A DNA stretch of 64,000 nucleotides, from NCBI RefSeq assembly GCF_018977255.1, contig NW_024704745.1:11904001-11968000 (forward strand), read 5' to 3'. This stretch comes from Callorhinchus milii (Eukaryota). Each line of letters starts with the position of its first letter. The stretch's first letter is position 1. A program made the position numbers and the translations under genes. Below the pieces are notes generated by a model, which saw only the letters and a list, made by a program, of their open reading frames with translations, made no database searches and was not told the origin of the DNA. Positions 23,281 to 35,290 of the stretch are shown here, one piece after another.

Positions 23281-24669
23281 CAGGTTAACAAGGATAAGAC
23301 TATCTTTGGGAGCCATAACAGGTAACAACATTGTTAGAGGAAGAGTCAGCTACAACAGGACCACAGGATGTCGTATGTCAAGGTTGATTAGGGAACGGTT
23401 ATTGGAACATTACTTAAAACTTTCACCTGCTTCTTTTTTCAGATCGTAAAACTCCATTAAGTTTGACAAAGAAAATCTGCCTTTGGAGAAAGCAGAAGAG
23501 ATGAAATTCTGCCTGTCATATTAGTCAGAATCAAGGTTTTTTGTCCTCAGAATCAAACGCCTGGAAAAAAGTAGGTCATGTACACATAAGTGAAATTCAC
23601 CAGCATTGGCAGGTCTCATGGCTATCACAAGATCAACCATTATCTGATGATCCAAACTGAAAATGATCTTGCAAAATGTAGACAAAAGTGCTGGAAGGGA
23701 CTGAATTTCCTGTTCAGTGCAAGCACCTGACATGCCTAAGCGCGATGTGAGAGGTACAGCGACTTGAGTGAGGAACTTCCTGAATCCTTGGCTCAAACAA
23801 TTTATGAAGAGGAAATATTTTTTGTGCAACAATAAAGGAAAATGTAACTATGTTCCAATGTAAGCCTGTTCCAAGTTTACTCAGTCAATATTACCCCGAG
23901 GTAGCACATACTCATTTGACGCCAAAAGTTCTGCTTTTGATTCCACCGGCATCAAGTCCACTCAGCCCCTTCACCTTCTCAAAGCTCATACTATAATTAC
24001 TATGTCTAAAAGTATCATAGGACTAAGGCAAGCAGGGACTGACTCTCTGGGGCTGTAGTTACTTTGAGGGGACATGTCTGCTAAAGGCCCACAGTAATCA
24101 AAGACAGACATGTCTTTAACCCTGCAAGTGAAATCTTGAATTTGTCCATTGCTGGACAAATATCCACTCTGGGTCTTTGTTAGTCGTCTCATCCACTAAT
24201 CAGAACTATTTATTGATGTGAGAATGATTTCTCGTAACTGGTCATGAATGAGTTAAGTTTGCGATCTGGTTGGACTTTCAATTCTCAAAATACCCAGGCT
24301 CAAATTCCCTTCTCAACTAACATTTGTGCTTTTGTTTCCCCAAGGAGTGAATCTGCCCGTCTCAGTCAAGTCACTAGGGAGAGGGAAGGAAAGCTGTCTG
24401 GGAAAAAATGTTTCTTTTCAATGTTTATGGGCTCAACTATCTATCGCTGCCAAGGTCAGCGGGCACGGGGGAGGGGGAAAATCTGGAAATTTGCTTCACC
24501 AAGTAAAAAAAAGTATGATTTAAACTAATATCTCCCACAAAATAATCCCAGTTTTGCTAAAAACTATTCAGATGCTACAACCAACACGATAAAGCAGTGA
24601 TATTGACTTGGTGTGTCCTTATTGTCACAGATTTAAATTTAACTTTTGATGATAAAAAAATATGTCTGA

Positions 24670-24870
24670 GCTCCTCTGATGGCTCAGTCCGTAAAAGCAT
24701 TTTGCGATGTGGAACTCAACCATCGGGCTCAATCCTTGGTCTGTGCTGAGTTAACTAATTACTGCCATGGTACAGGTAAGGCACTACACTTTTGTCAGCA
24801 TCCCTGACCTAAGTAAGAGCAGAAACAGTCGGATGTCCTGCATTCTCATCCACTGAGACTTGCTGGAAAA
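24670..24870 (+). mobile_element. Second ancient SINE family, head
   Basis: GATGGCTCAGTCCGTAAA (A box), GGGCTCAATCCTTGGTCTGTGCTGAGTTA (B-box region). Confidence 0.55.
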
Positions 24871-25392
24871 TGATGATAAATAATAACATGATAAATAATC
24901 TTTGCATCTGATACTGCACCTTTGACATTGGGAGGACAGCTCAAAGCATATCACAGGATACATTACAAAGTTTCATAGTGACTGTGCATTTTATAGGCAA
25001 ACACGGTATTCAATTTGCACACAGCAATATCCCACAAGTACATGTACCAACAGGATCAACTGTGGCTGTGATGCTCCTAATGTCTGCACAGCCTTTTGAT
25101 ACATTCTGGCTTGGCTGATAGGCGAAGAAAGAATAGTCTGTTGAACAAAGTAACACGGCAGCCTCTGTCAATGGCACGTCAGTGTGAGTCAACACCTTCA
25201 GAAAAGAAAGATCAAAAACTGTAGTGGGAGGAATCATTTATATTCTCATTTATTTGGCCTACTTGTGAGCTAATGGTGATCTATAATACGGGTTGGGCTA
25301 ATAGCCCATGGGCTAACCAAGTGAAAACGCATTCAGATGCCCTTAATCACGTCATTAACCATCAATGAAATGGATTACATTTGTGGGCATTC

Positions 25393-25506
25393 GCCCACAA
25401 ATATACAGTCAATTCACTTTACAGTGTGTTCTGTGAAGCGATTTGGGACGTCCTCCCGACGTGAAAAGCGCTATATCAAATGCAAGGATTATTATTATTA
25501 TTATTA
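25393..25506 (+). mobile_element. 5'-truncated young SINE (subfamily B tail)
   Basis: GGGACGTCCTCCCGACGTGAAAAGCGC..(ATT)n; fold-back sequence at the 5' junction. Confidence 0.9.
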
Positions 25507-26089
25507 CAGGCGATTCTGGAATATTTGTTGCTTATTTATATGATTAAGAGCACCTACCACATTTGAATACTGTTAGCCCATGGTCTAAAAGCCCAATCCA
25601 CATTTTAGGCCCCAACTGAGTCAATGTTACTCATAAGAATTTAAACTGGTTTTCATGACTTGCCTTTAAACTGTTTCATCAGAAACAGTTTTTATTGGGA
25701 GAGTGGACCAATGTTGCCTTTAATCATGGAAAGACTGCAGGAGGATCTGTATCTGACACAGAATTCCTGGTGCTCTCCTTTTTTATTTGACTGGTATCCA
25801 AATACCAAATGGTTCCATATGTATATTTTCACTGCACTCGAAGGCAGTAATGTTCAGCGACCGTGTCCTTTCAGAAAATCATTTCAAAGAGCGATTTCTC
25901 CACAACAATAATCTTTTATGATCCCTTTGGGATGTACACAAAAAAAGATTTGGCTTACATCCACAACTATCAAATGTTCAACACAGTCAAGTCAATTGAA
26001 TGTGAAATTCTCACGAGTTTGACCCAATAAAATTGAAAACCTCCACTGTTACAAAACAAAGTGTATCAGTGACACTTTGAGTGTGAAAA

Positions 26090-26210
26090 AATCCGTTCAC
26101 CCGCAAAATATAGTCAATTCACTTCACAGTATATTCTGTGAAGTGCTTTGAAACATCTCGAAGACATGATAAGGCGCTATATCAAATGCAAAGTTTATTA
26201 TTATTATTAT
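26090..26210 (+). mobile_element. 5'-truncated SINE (subfamily A tail)
   Basis: AGTCAATTCACTTCACAG..CTCGAAGACATGATAAGGCGC. Confidence 0.8.
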
Positions 26211-26435
26211 ATTCAACTATGGGCATTGAGTGATTTGTTTAAAGTTATGTTTAACAAACTATTTGATTTTTCTTCTTCAATTTCTTGCCTGTCAATTTTG
26301 TCTTAGCTGTTTTGAAAGTTACTTTTTTTAGGTGAAGTTCTTTTTCAATTTTCTTTGGATTTTGGCTGTAACCTCTAAAACCCTGGACCAGAATTAAAAT
26401 AAGAAATCATAGACAGAAATGACCTCAGCAACGAT

Positions 26436-26678
26436 GGGGTTAAAAATTCCCACTGGATCTAGATTGACTCTATTTTCTACACATTTCAGAGCATCCAGAA
26501 TTTGGCCAATTCTTAAATTCAGCCTTAGTTTTGAAGCTGGTTTTCTGTAAGTTTCTTTTAAGGGCTTCAGAAAACCAACAAAAAGTTAAGACTGATTTCA
26601 ACAATTTGCTGGATTCTGGATGCTCTGAGATGCTAGATAGATTAGTGTAAATCTAACTTGGTTTAAATTTCCAGCTCC
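26436..26678. mobile_element. Fold-back / MITE-like non-autonomous DNA element
   Basis: ~88-bp inverted arms 26460-26547 and 26568-26655 (core TCAGAGCATCCAGAAT / ATTCTGGATGCTCTGA), 20-nt spacer. Confidence 0.7.
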
Positions 26679-27384
26679 CTGATATTTTTGAGCCCCAAAT
26701 GTTACTAGTACACAGTATAACATCATGATAACTAAAACCTTGCATTTTATATATTGGCCTAATGTCTCAAACTTCTTTATGGGATTTTTACTGTAAAGTG
26801 TAGTGACTGTGCACTTTTGTAGGCACGTGTGTCCGGGTGAAGTTTTACTACTGAAATCTGCTATTAGGGCTCCTTCCCAACTTGATATTTTTTAATTATA
26901 ATTGATTTTGTAGCGTTAATAAATCACAAAAATAGGAAGAGATTATTCCAAGACAACAGTATATCCTGTGAAGCGCTTTGAGATGTCACGACAACGTGAT
27001 AATGCAGTACGTCAAATGCAAAATTATTACATAACCCAGGACATTGTACGTTTCCTGGGCATGATGTCTAGCATATTGTACCTGTCAGGTTAAGAACATG
27101 AAATACTGTTGCATCCCACCAGAGGGAGAAGGCAGCAACATACTGTATGTGGAGTATACCACATACAAATGCATGTGGTATACTCACCACATGACAAATG
27201 CAAGAACCTGGCATAAAGAAAGCATTTGTGTCATTTTTCTTCTCACATCCTAAGTGACATAAGACTGGGAATGTTGCCTAGGGCAGTTCTTTGGACTACG
27301 TGGTGGATTAATTTATCCCTAACTTGATGAATTACAAATAAATTCACATAGATTTGCTATTGGCAGGGCATTCATGTGGATTGC

Positions 27385-27560
27385 CCTACCAAGTGAAGTG
27401 GTAAACACAGAGGTGGATTTCAAGAGGGAAGTAGACAGGTACATGAAAGAAAAAAAGGGTTGTTAGGGACAGTGAAATTGAACGGTCAGCTCGCGCTGAG
27501 AGCCGGTGCAGACTTGATGGGCTGAAGGCCTTCCTTTTTTGCTGTGAATGTCTATGATTT
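27385..27560 (+). mobile_element. CR1 3' terminus
   Basis: TTCAAGAGGGAAGTAGACAGG..GATGGGCTGAAGGCCTTCCTTTTTGCTGTG. Confidence 0.7.
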
Positions 27561-28189
27561 TGTAAAAGAAGAGAAGCACACTCCGTGGCACAAACTGGTC
27601 TGCATCGGGCATCATATACATCCTTGTTTCTGAGTGTGGAATTCCTCATCTATTTTAAGATATTTTGTCAACCCTTCTCCTTGCTTGGGTGTCTCCTGCT
27701 ATCTCAGGCCCCAGGGTAACCCATTCCCACGCTTCTCCCAATGACCCTGTGGAAGCAGCCAACAGATGGTGCAGATGAGTGGCCTGACGCTCTCTCAATT
27801 TTTGATGGGGAATTACTGAATGGGAAGTGCTTGGCTTCTCCTCAGCTGCAAGACAGAGATCAGGAAGTCAGCGATAGAAGGTAGGTGAGCCACTTTGCAT
27901 TGGGTGGGACTTCATGCATTGCAAAGTGGCTCATCTCTCTGCGTTATATTTACTGGACTAAAGAAACATGATGTAATGAGCAGTGTTTTTGTGCAGAGAC
28001 TGCAGGCCAGTAGTGTGCTGAAAGCGACATAATGTTTGACCGAAATTACAGTGATTATTTTGTTATCCCAATGATTGAAATTAAGGACACAAACTGAACA
28101 ACAAAATTTGACACAGAGGAATAGCTGATTGTTTGAAACTAAAATGATGCCAATAACGTGTAGCACAGCACTAAAGTCTGAAGTTCATA

Positions 28190-28890
28190 ATCTTCACATA
28201 CTTCTTGGCTCCCGTCAATGTCTTAAATCCTGCGCATCTAAACTCCTCAACCTCCCTGGGCTCTCCCTCAGATTTACCAAACCAGTGAGCAATCTAGGCG
28301 TCCGGTTCAACCCCCAGCCGTCCTTACTACCCCACATCCGGTCCCTGACTTGGACCATCTTCTTCCACCTCCACTACATTGTCCGCCTCTGACTGTACCT
28401 TACCCCCAAATGCAGCCCAAACCCTCGTACATGGGTTTGTCACCTCCCGTCTGGATTACTCAAACGCACACCTTGCCGGTCTCCCCGGATCAACTTCAAA
28501 ATCCTCACACCTGTGTTGAAATCCCTTCACTCCCTGGCACCTCCCTACCTCTCCAACCTCCTCACTCCCAATCCGCTACCCGTTGACTCTGCTCGATTGG
28601 TACCGGCCTCCTGCTTGTCCCTCGCACCCTCCTCTCCACCATCGGAGGTTATACGTTTTCAGCCTGTACACCCCAAAACTTTGGAACACCCTCCCTCAAT
28701 CCCTCTACCTTGCTCTCACTCTCTCCTTTTTCAAGTCCCACCTTAAGACTTTCCTTTTCGACCATTCTTAAAGTCACCTTACCCCCCGCCCGACGCTCAG
28801 AGTCAGGCTCCGCCATTGTTAAGGTCTCTGAGACGCTGCTCTGCCTGGAGGGCGCTATATAAGTCCAAATTGTTGTTGTTGTTGTTCTTA
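28190..28890 (+). mobile_element. L2 3' ~0.7 kb
   Basis: VSNLGVRFNPQPSLLPHIRS, LKSLHSLAPPYLSNLL, SFFKSHLKTFLFDH, GTT tail. Confidence 0.85.
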
Positions 28891-29059
28891 TGGATTAGTC
28901 ACACTGAGAAAAAACTCAACACAGGATGTGAGTGAGAATCAGGAATCTGCTGTGAGCGCTATATAAGTCCAAATTGTTGTTGTTGTTGTTCTTATGGATT
29001 AGTCACACTGAGAAGAAACTCAACACAGGATATGAGTGAGAATCAGGAATCTGCCGTGA
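28852..29059. repeat. 104-bp tandem duplication of the L2 tail plus downstream flank
   Basis: 28852-28955 and 28956-29059, three substitutions. Confidence 0.95.
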
Positions 29060-29264
29060 GTCCATGAATCACTGAAATGTACACGCTGTAACACGCGTAA
29101 GAGACAGGGAACAGCTGGAATTAGTCAAGAATAGTGGTAGGGAAGTTGGACTGTTGTCAATCTTACTCCTACCATAGCAACTACATAGACAGAGGAATAA
29201 TAGGTGAGAGCTAAGTAGTACTGTGTTGTACAGTGCTGTAGAATATATTGACCACAGTGTTATG

Positions 29265-29570
29265 GAATGATGTCCTACACAGTGTTATGGAGTGCTGTGC
29301 TGTACAGTGCCATGCCGTGCTGTGCAATGCTCTGCTATATAGTGTTATGGAGTGCCATGCTGTGCAATGCTCTGCTATATAGTGTTATGGGGTGCCGTGC
29401 TCTAGTGTGCAATGCTCTGCTGTACAGTATTATGGAGTGCCGTGCTGTGCTGTGCTCTACTGTACAGTGTTACGGAGTGCTGTGCTGTACTGTGCAATGC
29501 TCTGCTGTACAGTGTTATGGAGTGCCATGCTGTGCCGGGCTATGCTGTGCTGTACAGTGCTGTGCGATGC
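29265..29570. repeat. Minisatellite with 40-60 bp units built from TGCTG-like 5-mers
   Basis: Recurrent AGTGTTATGGAGTGCC..TGCAATGCTCTGCT. Confidence 0.9.
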
Positions 29571-29839
29571 TAAGAGATACTTTTGAAGAATGCAAGATTT
29601 GCTGGGCTGTTCTTGTTGGAGAGCTGGGATTATGTTTTCAATTTAATATCTTCTGCACTGTAGCCTATTGCCCTTGGAATCTTTTCACTTTTAGCATCGT
29701 GAAAGCCAATCAAGACACTTCTATGGCAGAGGGTCCTAGCAAAGATTGACGGAGATCAATCAATGGATTGAGCCATTGAGACTGATGAAAATATTTGAGT
29801 CAGTGTACGAAGCAGGGACATGGGGAGGGAGCTGCTATA

Positions 29840-29982
29840 TGGACACTGCTCTGTGCAATTGGCTGCCGTGTTTCGCCCACGAAAAATAGAATCCATTCAC
29901 TTTACAGTATATTCAGTGAAGTGCTTTGAGACGCCTGGATGATGTAAAAAGGCGTGATATCAAATGCAAGGATTATTAATTA
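29840..29982 (+). mobile_element. SINE 3' fragment
   Basis: GTGCAATTGGCTGCCGTGTTTCGCCCAC..AAATGCAAGGATTATT. Confidence 0.8.
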
Positions 29983-29999
29983 TTCTGTCCACTCAACTC

Positions 30000-30200
30000 A
30001 GCTCTGCTCAATGTCCCCCGCCTGACCCGCCCCACCATTGGCGGCCGGGCCTTCAGCCTCTCTGCCCCCACCCTTTGGAATTCTATCCCACATTCTCTTC
30101 GCCTCGCTTCCTCCCTTGCCTGCTTCAAGGCATGTCTCAAGACCCTCCTCTTCGACCATGCCTTCTTCCACCCTCCAGCTGAGCTGTGTCTGGAACTTGG
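30000..30200 (+). mobile_element. L2 3' fragment
   Basis: CCCACCATTGGCGGCCGGGCCTTCAGCC..CTCAAGACCCTCCTCTTCGACC. Confidence 0.8.
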
Positions 30201-30444
30201 CCTCTGCTGTTCTTAAAACAGCTACTATGAGTAGATTAGCAGCAAAGCGAATCACACCCTCCAATCTCATGACACAGGCAAAATGAAGAGCTTGCCTGTG
30301 TAGATCTAGAAACATGAGCCAGCATGCTTCAACTCATTGTGGTCTATTGGAATCCCATAATGGGGCTCTCCATACCTTTTCACCTTTTAAACAACCCGTT
30401 TTAACATGATGAGTTTTTTTTTATACATTAAATCTCATTGAACT

Positions 30445-30775
30445 CACAGTCTAGGGTGACACTCCAATACACTACTAGGGGCGTGGGGGGCTGCATTGTG
30501 GAGGTGCTGTCTTGCACATATGAGAGTTTAAACCAAGGTCCCATCTGCCTATTCGGGTGGACGTTAAAAGATCTTGTGGCACTTTTTGAAAAGAGAAGGG
30601 AGTTTCTCCCAGTGTCCTGGCCAACAATCCCCCAAATAAAATTGTTCATTCGCTTGATAGTTGTTGCATTTGCCTGCCAAGTACGCAGTCATTAAACTTT
30701 ACAGCAAATCCTGTGAAGCGCTTTGAGATGTTCTCCTGATGTGAAAGGTGCAAAGTCAAATGCAAGGATTAATAT
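30445..30775 (+). mobile_element. Old Deu-like SINE
   Basis: GGTGGACGTTAAAAGATCTTGTGGCAC..GTGTCCTGGCCAACA..GTGAAGCGCTTTGAGATG. Confidence 0.7.
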
Positions 30776-31129
30776 TAGACTACACGATCACTGGAAAGCT
30801 CTTGATAAAGAAGGCTTTTCAGCCCATTTGATTTCAACCTTTCAGAATATCTCACCAATTGTCTTCCTATTACAGCATTAGGCTGATAAATGGTTGTTAA
30901 CACAATGCTGCTAAGAACACGCCAGTGAAAGTATTTCTTTAACATCTCTTCTGTTTAGGTCACTGAATTTTATTACAATGCTAGAGGAAGCCTATAAACC
31001 ATAGTGGCATTCGCCCATGATTCCAATCAACAAAACTTGTACAATAAAGTCTCTGAGCGAGTCAATAACTGGAGTTAGTGGAGGACGGAAGTAATTGTAG
31101 AAACAGTGCAAAGAGGTAGGTTTTTAGTT

Positions 31130-31490
31130 CAGATTTAAAGACAGATAGAAAGGGTGGGGGAGGGGGGTGAGATTGACGTGTAAAGGGATGGAGATTCAGA
31201 GGTTTGCTGAGGACTTGGCCAGCAATAGTGGTTCGGAGAGGGTGGAGTTAGCACAGAACGCCCGAGTTAGCCTGCCTGAGCAGAAGAGGCGAGGAGGGAA
31301 ATCTGGTATCAAAAGATCACAGAGATAGGGAAATATGAAAGTGTGAGGGGATTTATAAGCGAGTGTGAGGCCTTTGAAGTGAATCCATTCCATTGAAAGA
31401 CCGGGAGGCAATGTTGCCTGGTGAAGACTGAAGTGACGGATTTGGGACGAGTGAAGATTCGGGCGGTGGAGTTTTGCATTCAGTTGGACC
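31130..31490 (-). mobile_element. Old L2 ORF2 3' part
   Basis: IHFKGLTLAYKSPHTFIFPYLCDLL on the minus strand. Confidence 0.7.
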
Positions 31491-32619
31491 TTATCTATCA
31501 TATTTTCTACAAGTATGATGGATAAATCAGACTAATATAGCGCAAAAAGCTATGGATCCCACATCCTATCGTACTTTGTATAGGGGTTTGGAACAAAATA
31601 GTTAGGGAAGAAAAAAGCCAATGAATGTTCTCATATTTCTGCCTTGTAAGCCAGAAATTTCCACATGTTGATATCATGCAAACCTTGCTGAGGGCATAAT
31701 TGAATGTTGCTCATATGTGTGTCAGACTGACTCAGCTGCTGGCGGGAGCCTCTTATATACCCTATGAACAGTGCTGTGGAGACATTGTTATGAACGCAAA
31801 GTCTTGGTTTACTCAGCGTGTCCTGCTGCCACTCTCTCAACACCAGCAGCAAGAACCCACCACTTGCTGTTTAACAAAATTGCTGAAAAACAAGACGAAC
31901 CTTGATCAGATAATGCTTCGATGTAAATGTTAAACAGATCCTCACAACAGGTGGGGGAAGCTGAGCAGCCTTGAAACTGAAAACATTTGTGAACATAATG
32001 TACCACTCAGCGGGTGAAAAGGCCCTGAGCCTTCCAATTAGGAGGACGGAAAGGCAACCTGATTATGGAACGCTGCCCAATGCAGCAACAGAATAATCTT
32101 GATGAACTAAAAAATGGTAATGAGGGCGCACATGTCTTACTGTATTACCTTTACACTTTAATATCCTGAATTAGATTAGTGTCTCTCGTTCTTGTTCAAT
32201 GGTAGTTGGTGTAGCGCAGTACTGAACGGGTCAAAGGGTCGTTGTTTCCAACTCCACTGCAATGTATAGGGTATTACAGTGGAGCACTGGGTTGGGCTGC
32301 TGGTAGTTGACAAATTAATTAGTCATTAAATTTGTAGTGACTTGGCATGTGTAATGCCGTTTGCTCATTATAAGGTGCATCACTTTTAGGCCTGCTACAA
32401 ATTGATTAATCTAATCCTCCCATCTCACGCTGGCAGGTTTCAGTGCCAAGATGCCTAATACCTTGAGGTTGCTATCCCTGGATTCTCAAACAATGATTCT
32501 TATGAGCATGACATCAAACATCACTGTGCAGTGCATGTATTATTTAAATCTTAGAGGTGATGGGCAAGTTATCATGTCTAGGCATTGTCCAGAGGTTGGC
32601 ATTCCAGACAAGGTATATA

Positions 32620-33010
32620 GACCAGAGTAGCAGTACTACCTCTTGGTTTAATATGTTGACATGTTTTGACATGTTCTTCAGCATGTTCCCGTATGCTTTG
32701 CAGTGAAAACCAGCTCTCCTCGAGCTCAGAAACCTGAGCTCAAGTTCGGGTAGCCGAAGGCTACCGAGGGTTTGTCCAGGGCACGCAAAGCATCCTGGAG
32801 TTCCCACATAGCACACATTGTGCATACACCCGGTCTCAGCTGCCTTACCATATTCCCAGACGTATTTTATATTATTTTAATATAAGTATTATATATTTTA
32901 TAATTATGCACCTCTTTCCCCCTCTCACCAAATTCTTTAACAGAATTCTCACTCTGTTCCACCTCACTCAGTTCCCTCCTCACGCTGCTGGGTTCTCTGC
33001 TCAAGATTGC
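32620..33010 (-). mobile_element. CR1 5' remnant (5'UTR plus ORF1 zinc-finger/leucine-zipper start)
   Basis: MVRQLRPGVCTMCAMWELQD, then across frameshifts ELELRFL/ELEESWFSLQSIRE..QEVV. Confidence 0.7.
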
Positions 33011-34451
33011 CAGGCAAAGATTATTGCTGTAAATTATTCTGCACTGAAAGTAGTCTACATCAGAGCAAAGTTCTTGTGAGTTGATGTGACATATTTCTGT
33101 TTTTATATTGAGGACACTATATATAGGAAATATTATACTCCAATGGGTCATTCATAGTTTACTGTCAAGGATTTTTTTGCTTGCAGGCAAAAAAAATAAT
33201 GTTGAACAATTCTAAATTACTTTTATTATTCTTAGGCCCAGAAGCCTAAACATTTATATAATAATGACTGATAATCCTTGCACTTGATATACACTTTATC
33301 ACCTCATCAAAACATCTCAAAGCACTTAACAGGATTTACTAAAAAGTGTAGTGAGTGTGAATTTGTCTGTGAACTTGACAGCCAATTTACATGCAGCAAT
33401 GTCCTATTGATGGCCAGGAGGTGGCCAGGATATGTTTATGCAATAGATCTGACCAGTTCAATTTTGACATGTTCTACATTTCATGGATCGAATGTTTTAG
33501 GAGGTGTCACCCCACAGCCACAGAGGGTTCATGAGGAGAGTGAATGGGTGACCACCCGGCATGGTAGGAAGAGGGGACGGGCAGTGCAGAAGTCCCCTGA
33601 GAGTGTGGCACTCACAAACTGGTTCTCTGTACTGAATACCTGTGAGAGTGATGGCACCTCTGGGGAGAGGAGTCGAAAGTAAATGGATGCACAGGGGAAT
33701 ACAGGGAAGAGTGTCAATGCAATTATCATTGGGGACACAACGGTGAAAAGAGTAAACAGATGTTTCTGCAACAAAAACGTGACTCTCGCATAGTCTGTTG
33801 CCTCCCTGGTGCCAGGGTTGAAGACATCATGGAATGGGTGCAAAACATTCTACAGGAGGGAGGGGAACATACACAAGTCGTGGTCCATGTTGGGATCTGT
33901 GACGTAGGGAAAAAAAGGGTTGAGATCCTACACAGAGTGTATCAGAAGCTAGGGAAAAAGCTAAAAAGTAAGACCTCAAAGTTGGTGATCTCTGAATTAC
34001 TCCCAGTGCATTGTGCAAGTGAATGGCAATATTGATTAAAGACACAGTTACGGTCCAAAAACACAATATATTTGGTTAGAGTTAAGGAGCAGAAAAGGAG
34101 CTATTACTTTGTTAGGTGCACACTATAGACCACAAAATTGTGGAAAGGAGATAGATGAGCAAATCTGCAAACAGATTTCAGAAAGATGCAAAACCAACAG
34201 AGTAGTGATGATGTGGGCTTCAATTATCCTAACATAGACTGGCAAAATAATAGTGTAAAGGGCAAGGAGGGGAAAGATTCCTGAAATGTGTGCAGGGTAA
34301 CTTTCTGGATAAATATTTTCCAGCCCAACAAGGAAGGAAACGTGCTGGATTGAGTTCTGGGGAATGAAGTGGGGCAAGTGGAGTAGGTTTCAGTAGGAGC
34401 TCATCTGGACAACTGTGATCACAACATCATTAGGTTTAGAGTACTTGTGGA

Positions 34452-34765
34452 AACAACAACAACAAAATTACATTTGTAGAGCACCTTTCACGTTGGGAGG
34501 ACGTCTCAAAGTGCTGAACAGTCAGATGCCAGGACCCGAGCATGGGGGAGGGGTGTTGTAGGGGTAAGGGTAGGCAGAGAGGAGGGAGGGAGACCAAAGG
34601 CACAGTCGAAGAGAAGGTTCTTGAGACCGGCCTCGAAGGAGGCAAGGAAGGAAATGAGGCAAAGGGACCGTGGGATGGAGTTCCAGAGTGTGGGGGCAGA
34701 GAAGCTGAAGCCCGGCCACTAACGGTAGGGAGGGTCGGGAGGGGGACGTAGAGCAAGCCGAAGCC
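34452..34765 (-). mobile_element. L2 3' end nested in the CR1 endonuclease region
   Basis: (AAC)n tail at 34452; the CR1 sequence resumes at about 34770. Confidence 0.9.
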
Positions 34766-34979
34766 TAATGAACGGGACAAGGAACAATCAAAGGTGAAGA
34801 TACTTAACTGGAAGAGAACTAATTTCAGTGTGTTAAAAAGGGACCTAGCCAAGATGGACTGGAAAGAAAGATTGGCAGGTAAAACAGCTAATGAGCAATG
34901 GGAAGCCTTCAAGGAGGAGATAGTTCAGGGACAGAACCAATACAATAAAGGTAGTGCATCCAAACCTTCCTGGATGACA

Positions 34980-35290
34980 AGTCCTGTAGCTCAGTGGTTA
35001 GAGCACTCGCCTTGCAAGCGAGATACCTAGGTTCAATTCCAGGCAGGGCGAAACCTTGGGCAAGTTTCCTTACTCCACACGCCTAATAATAATCCCTCCC
35101 AAAAACAAAACAATAATAAATTGGTCAGTTTCAATCCACGACTGTTTGTGGGACATTGCTGTGCGCAATTGGCTGCCACATTTCGCCCACAAATATACGG
35201 TCAATTCACTTTACAGCATATTCTGTGAAGCGCTTTGAGACGTCTCGAAGATGTGATAAGCGCTATATCAAATGCAAGGATTTTTATTAT
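34980..35290 (+). mobile_element. SINE with short B body and old A tail, nested in CR1
   Basis: CACACGCCTAATAATAATCC body with GAGACGTCTCGAAGATGTGATAAGCGC tail. Confidence 0.9.

Noticed and set aside
23443-23830. Strong acceptor followed by coding-looking purine-rich sequence
   Set aside because: Stops in all frames, a 128-nt candidate exon with no partner, and no recognisable family
29267-29749. Cys-rich 160-aa ORF (metallothionein- or keratin-associated-like)
   Set aside because: Translation of the 5-mer minisatellite; open in several frames
32705-32823. Four tandem hairpins with partial resemblance to an HDV-like ribozyme (TCCTCG loop, GG-P4-CGA, AAACC/GGTTT)
   Set aside because: No P1 partner and the P3/L3 register is wrong; the region is the antisense of CR1 ORF1, where LEL repeats (GAGCTC) create the palindromes
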